64,000 nucleotides of DNA. Origin: Phoronis australis (lineage: Eukaryota; Animalia; Phoronida). How positions within the stretch are numbered: the stretch's first letter is position 1; each line of letters starts with the position of its first letter. This document shows, piece after piece, positions 62,817-64,000 of this stretch. The position numbers were made by a program, and so were the translations under genes. The stretch is taken from positions 875,873-939,872 of the forward strand of contig NMRA01000027.1 in the NCBI GenBank assembly GCA_002633005.1. The letters are read 5' to 3'. The notes under the pieces were generated by a model. The model saw only the letters and a list, made by a program, of their open reading frames with translations. It did not search any database and was not told the DNA's origin.

Positions 62817-63426
62817 TAGTTGGTGGGCCAGATTTTGTAGGGCCTCTAGAAAATGGTTTTTGTGAGTACTTTAGGGGGGCAATTTTATTTTGGTGTTTTT
62901 TAATTCATTTATTAGAGTGTTTTAAAAATCTAAAAAGTTCCCACACATTTTTGAGAAATTTGAGTTTGAAGTTACCTAATAATCACCAAAGAGCTTAGTA
63001 AACTTATATTTGTAAAAACAACAGTTTTGGTGACTTTTTTGTAAAACAAGTAATATGGTCCCATCAGTGCCATTGTATTGAACAATATTACACTCACATT
63101 TCATGTTTTACTATTGTAAATTAATTGTAAACAGTGAAATTTAAAAAAATGTAAAGAGACACCTAGTGGCAAAAATGCAAACTAAGTCTGAATGTTACTA
63201 GGAAGTTATTCTGGCATTGTCTGGCAACAAAAATCACACAAAACACTTGAGACTGGGCAAAATTTGTGTCTCAATGACTAAAAATTGACTAATGGTGTAA
63301 AATACAGCTTGTTTGCATAATACACCAGAAATACGTTATAGTACAAAAACAATATAGTTGAATGATCTCTGTGAATGTGCACTAAGACTGTATGAAAATA
63401 ATAGATTATTCTGACAGCGTTTATCA
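62817..63426 (-). mobile_element. Further Academ-like terminus (copy of 19124-19821), interrupted by a MITE
   Basis: TAGTTGGTGGGCCAGATTTTGTAGGGCCTCTAG... is collinear with 19124 onward up to ...CAGCGTTTATCA. Confidence 0.9.
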
Positions 63427-63760
63427 CAGTGGGGGATCTAGGATATCACAATGGGGGGCCAACATTTTGTCCGGCCGTAAGCATTTGGGCATACCACGAT
63501 TGTAGATGCGCATAGCACCGAATGGGGGGAGGTCGGGAGGGGGGGTTGCCCAAGAAATGTATCTGTTTTTTCCTCTAAAAATCAAGCATTTTCCTTGATT
63601 TCTGAAGTATTAACCAAGAAAAAAGGCTAAAAAAAACCAATAAAACACGGAGAACGTGTCACACAGGAAAAACTGCGAATTACACAGATTCGAACTCACA
63701 ACCTGGCTGATAGAACGCGCGTGCTTTACCAGTACACCACCACAATTTCACTACTGAATT
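63427..63760 (+). mobile_element. CAGTGGCGGATCTAG-family element with internal tRNA-like sequence (63687-63745, minus)
   Basis: Terminus CAGTGGGGGATCTAGGATATCAC, with minus-strand A box TGGTGTACTGG and B box AGTTCGAATC. The far end was not located. Confidence 0.75.
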
Positions 63761-64000
63761 GTAACTAAGAGAACTACTTGTTTATGGTCCACAGCGTTTG
63801 CGCGCGAAACCTACTTCTTTTTGTAATGCTTATTACACGTTTTATATTTTGTGCAATCGGTTCTTAACAAATTTGTTGTATTTAAAATAGTCATCAAATG
63901 CCCAAAAGACCAAATCCGTTTTTCGTGTTGGCAATAATGACGGGATTGCTTTGGAAATCGTCTTAAGTTAAGGTTTGACAAAGAGAGAATTAATGAGTTT

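Overview
Animal (non-vertebrate metazoan, likely marine invertebrate) nuclear DNA from a draft scaffold. It has two long N gaps (30218-30799, 33193-33489) and seven single-N joins. It is not prokaryotic: there are no operons, rRNA or CRISPR, and most short ORFs in the track are noise. Three host genes are recognisable: one internal coding exon of NAA35/MAK10 (minus, 23645-23776; missed by the ORF track), an 880-aa C2H2 zinc-finger protein (38423-41065, +) and a small PRR15/PRR15L-like protein (55989-56402, +). The rest is a nested transposon landscape. It includes a Kolobok element inserted at TTAA in a LINE 3' UTR, an Academ-like element with further end copies, a PIF/Harbinger Myb fragment with deletion-derived MITEs, a decayed hAT transposase, hAT-like MITEs with 5-6 bp target duplications, several LINE remnants (one with RNase H), tRNA-derived heads, an LTR-like segment and TTAGGG-like tracts. 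I cannot support a wholly new biological system. The best leads are the invertebrate PRR15-like gene, the orphan NAA35 exon, the HCF-1-binding-type motifs in the zinc-finger protein and a TIR element carrying an internal tRNA-like Pol III promoter. All family calls come from motif recognition by eye, not database searches.
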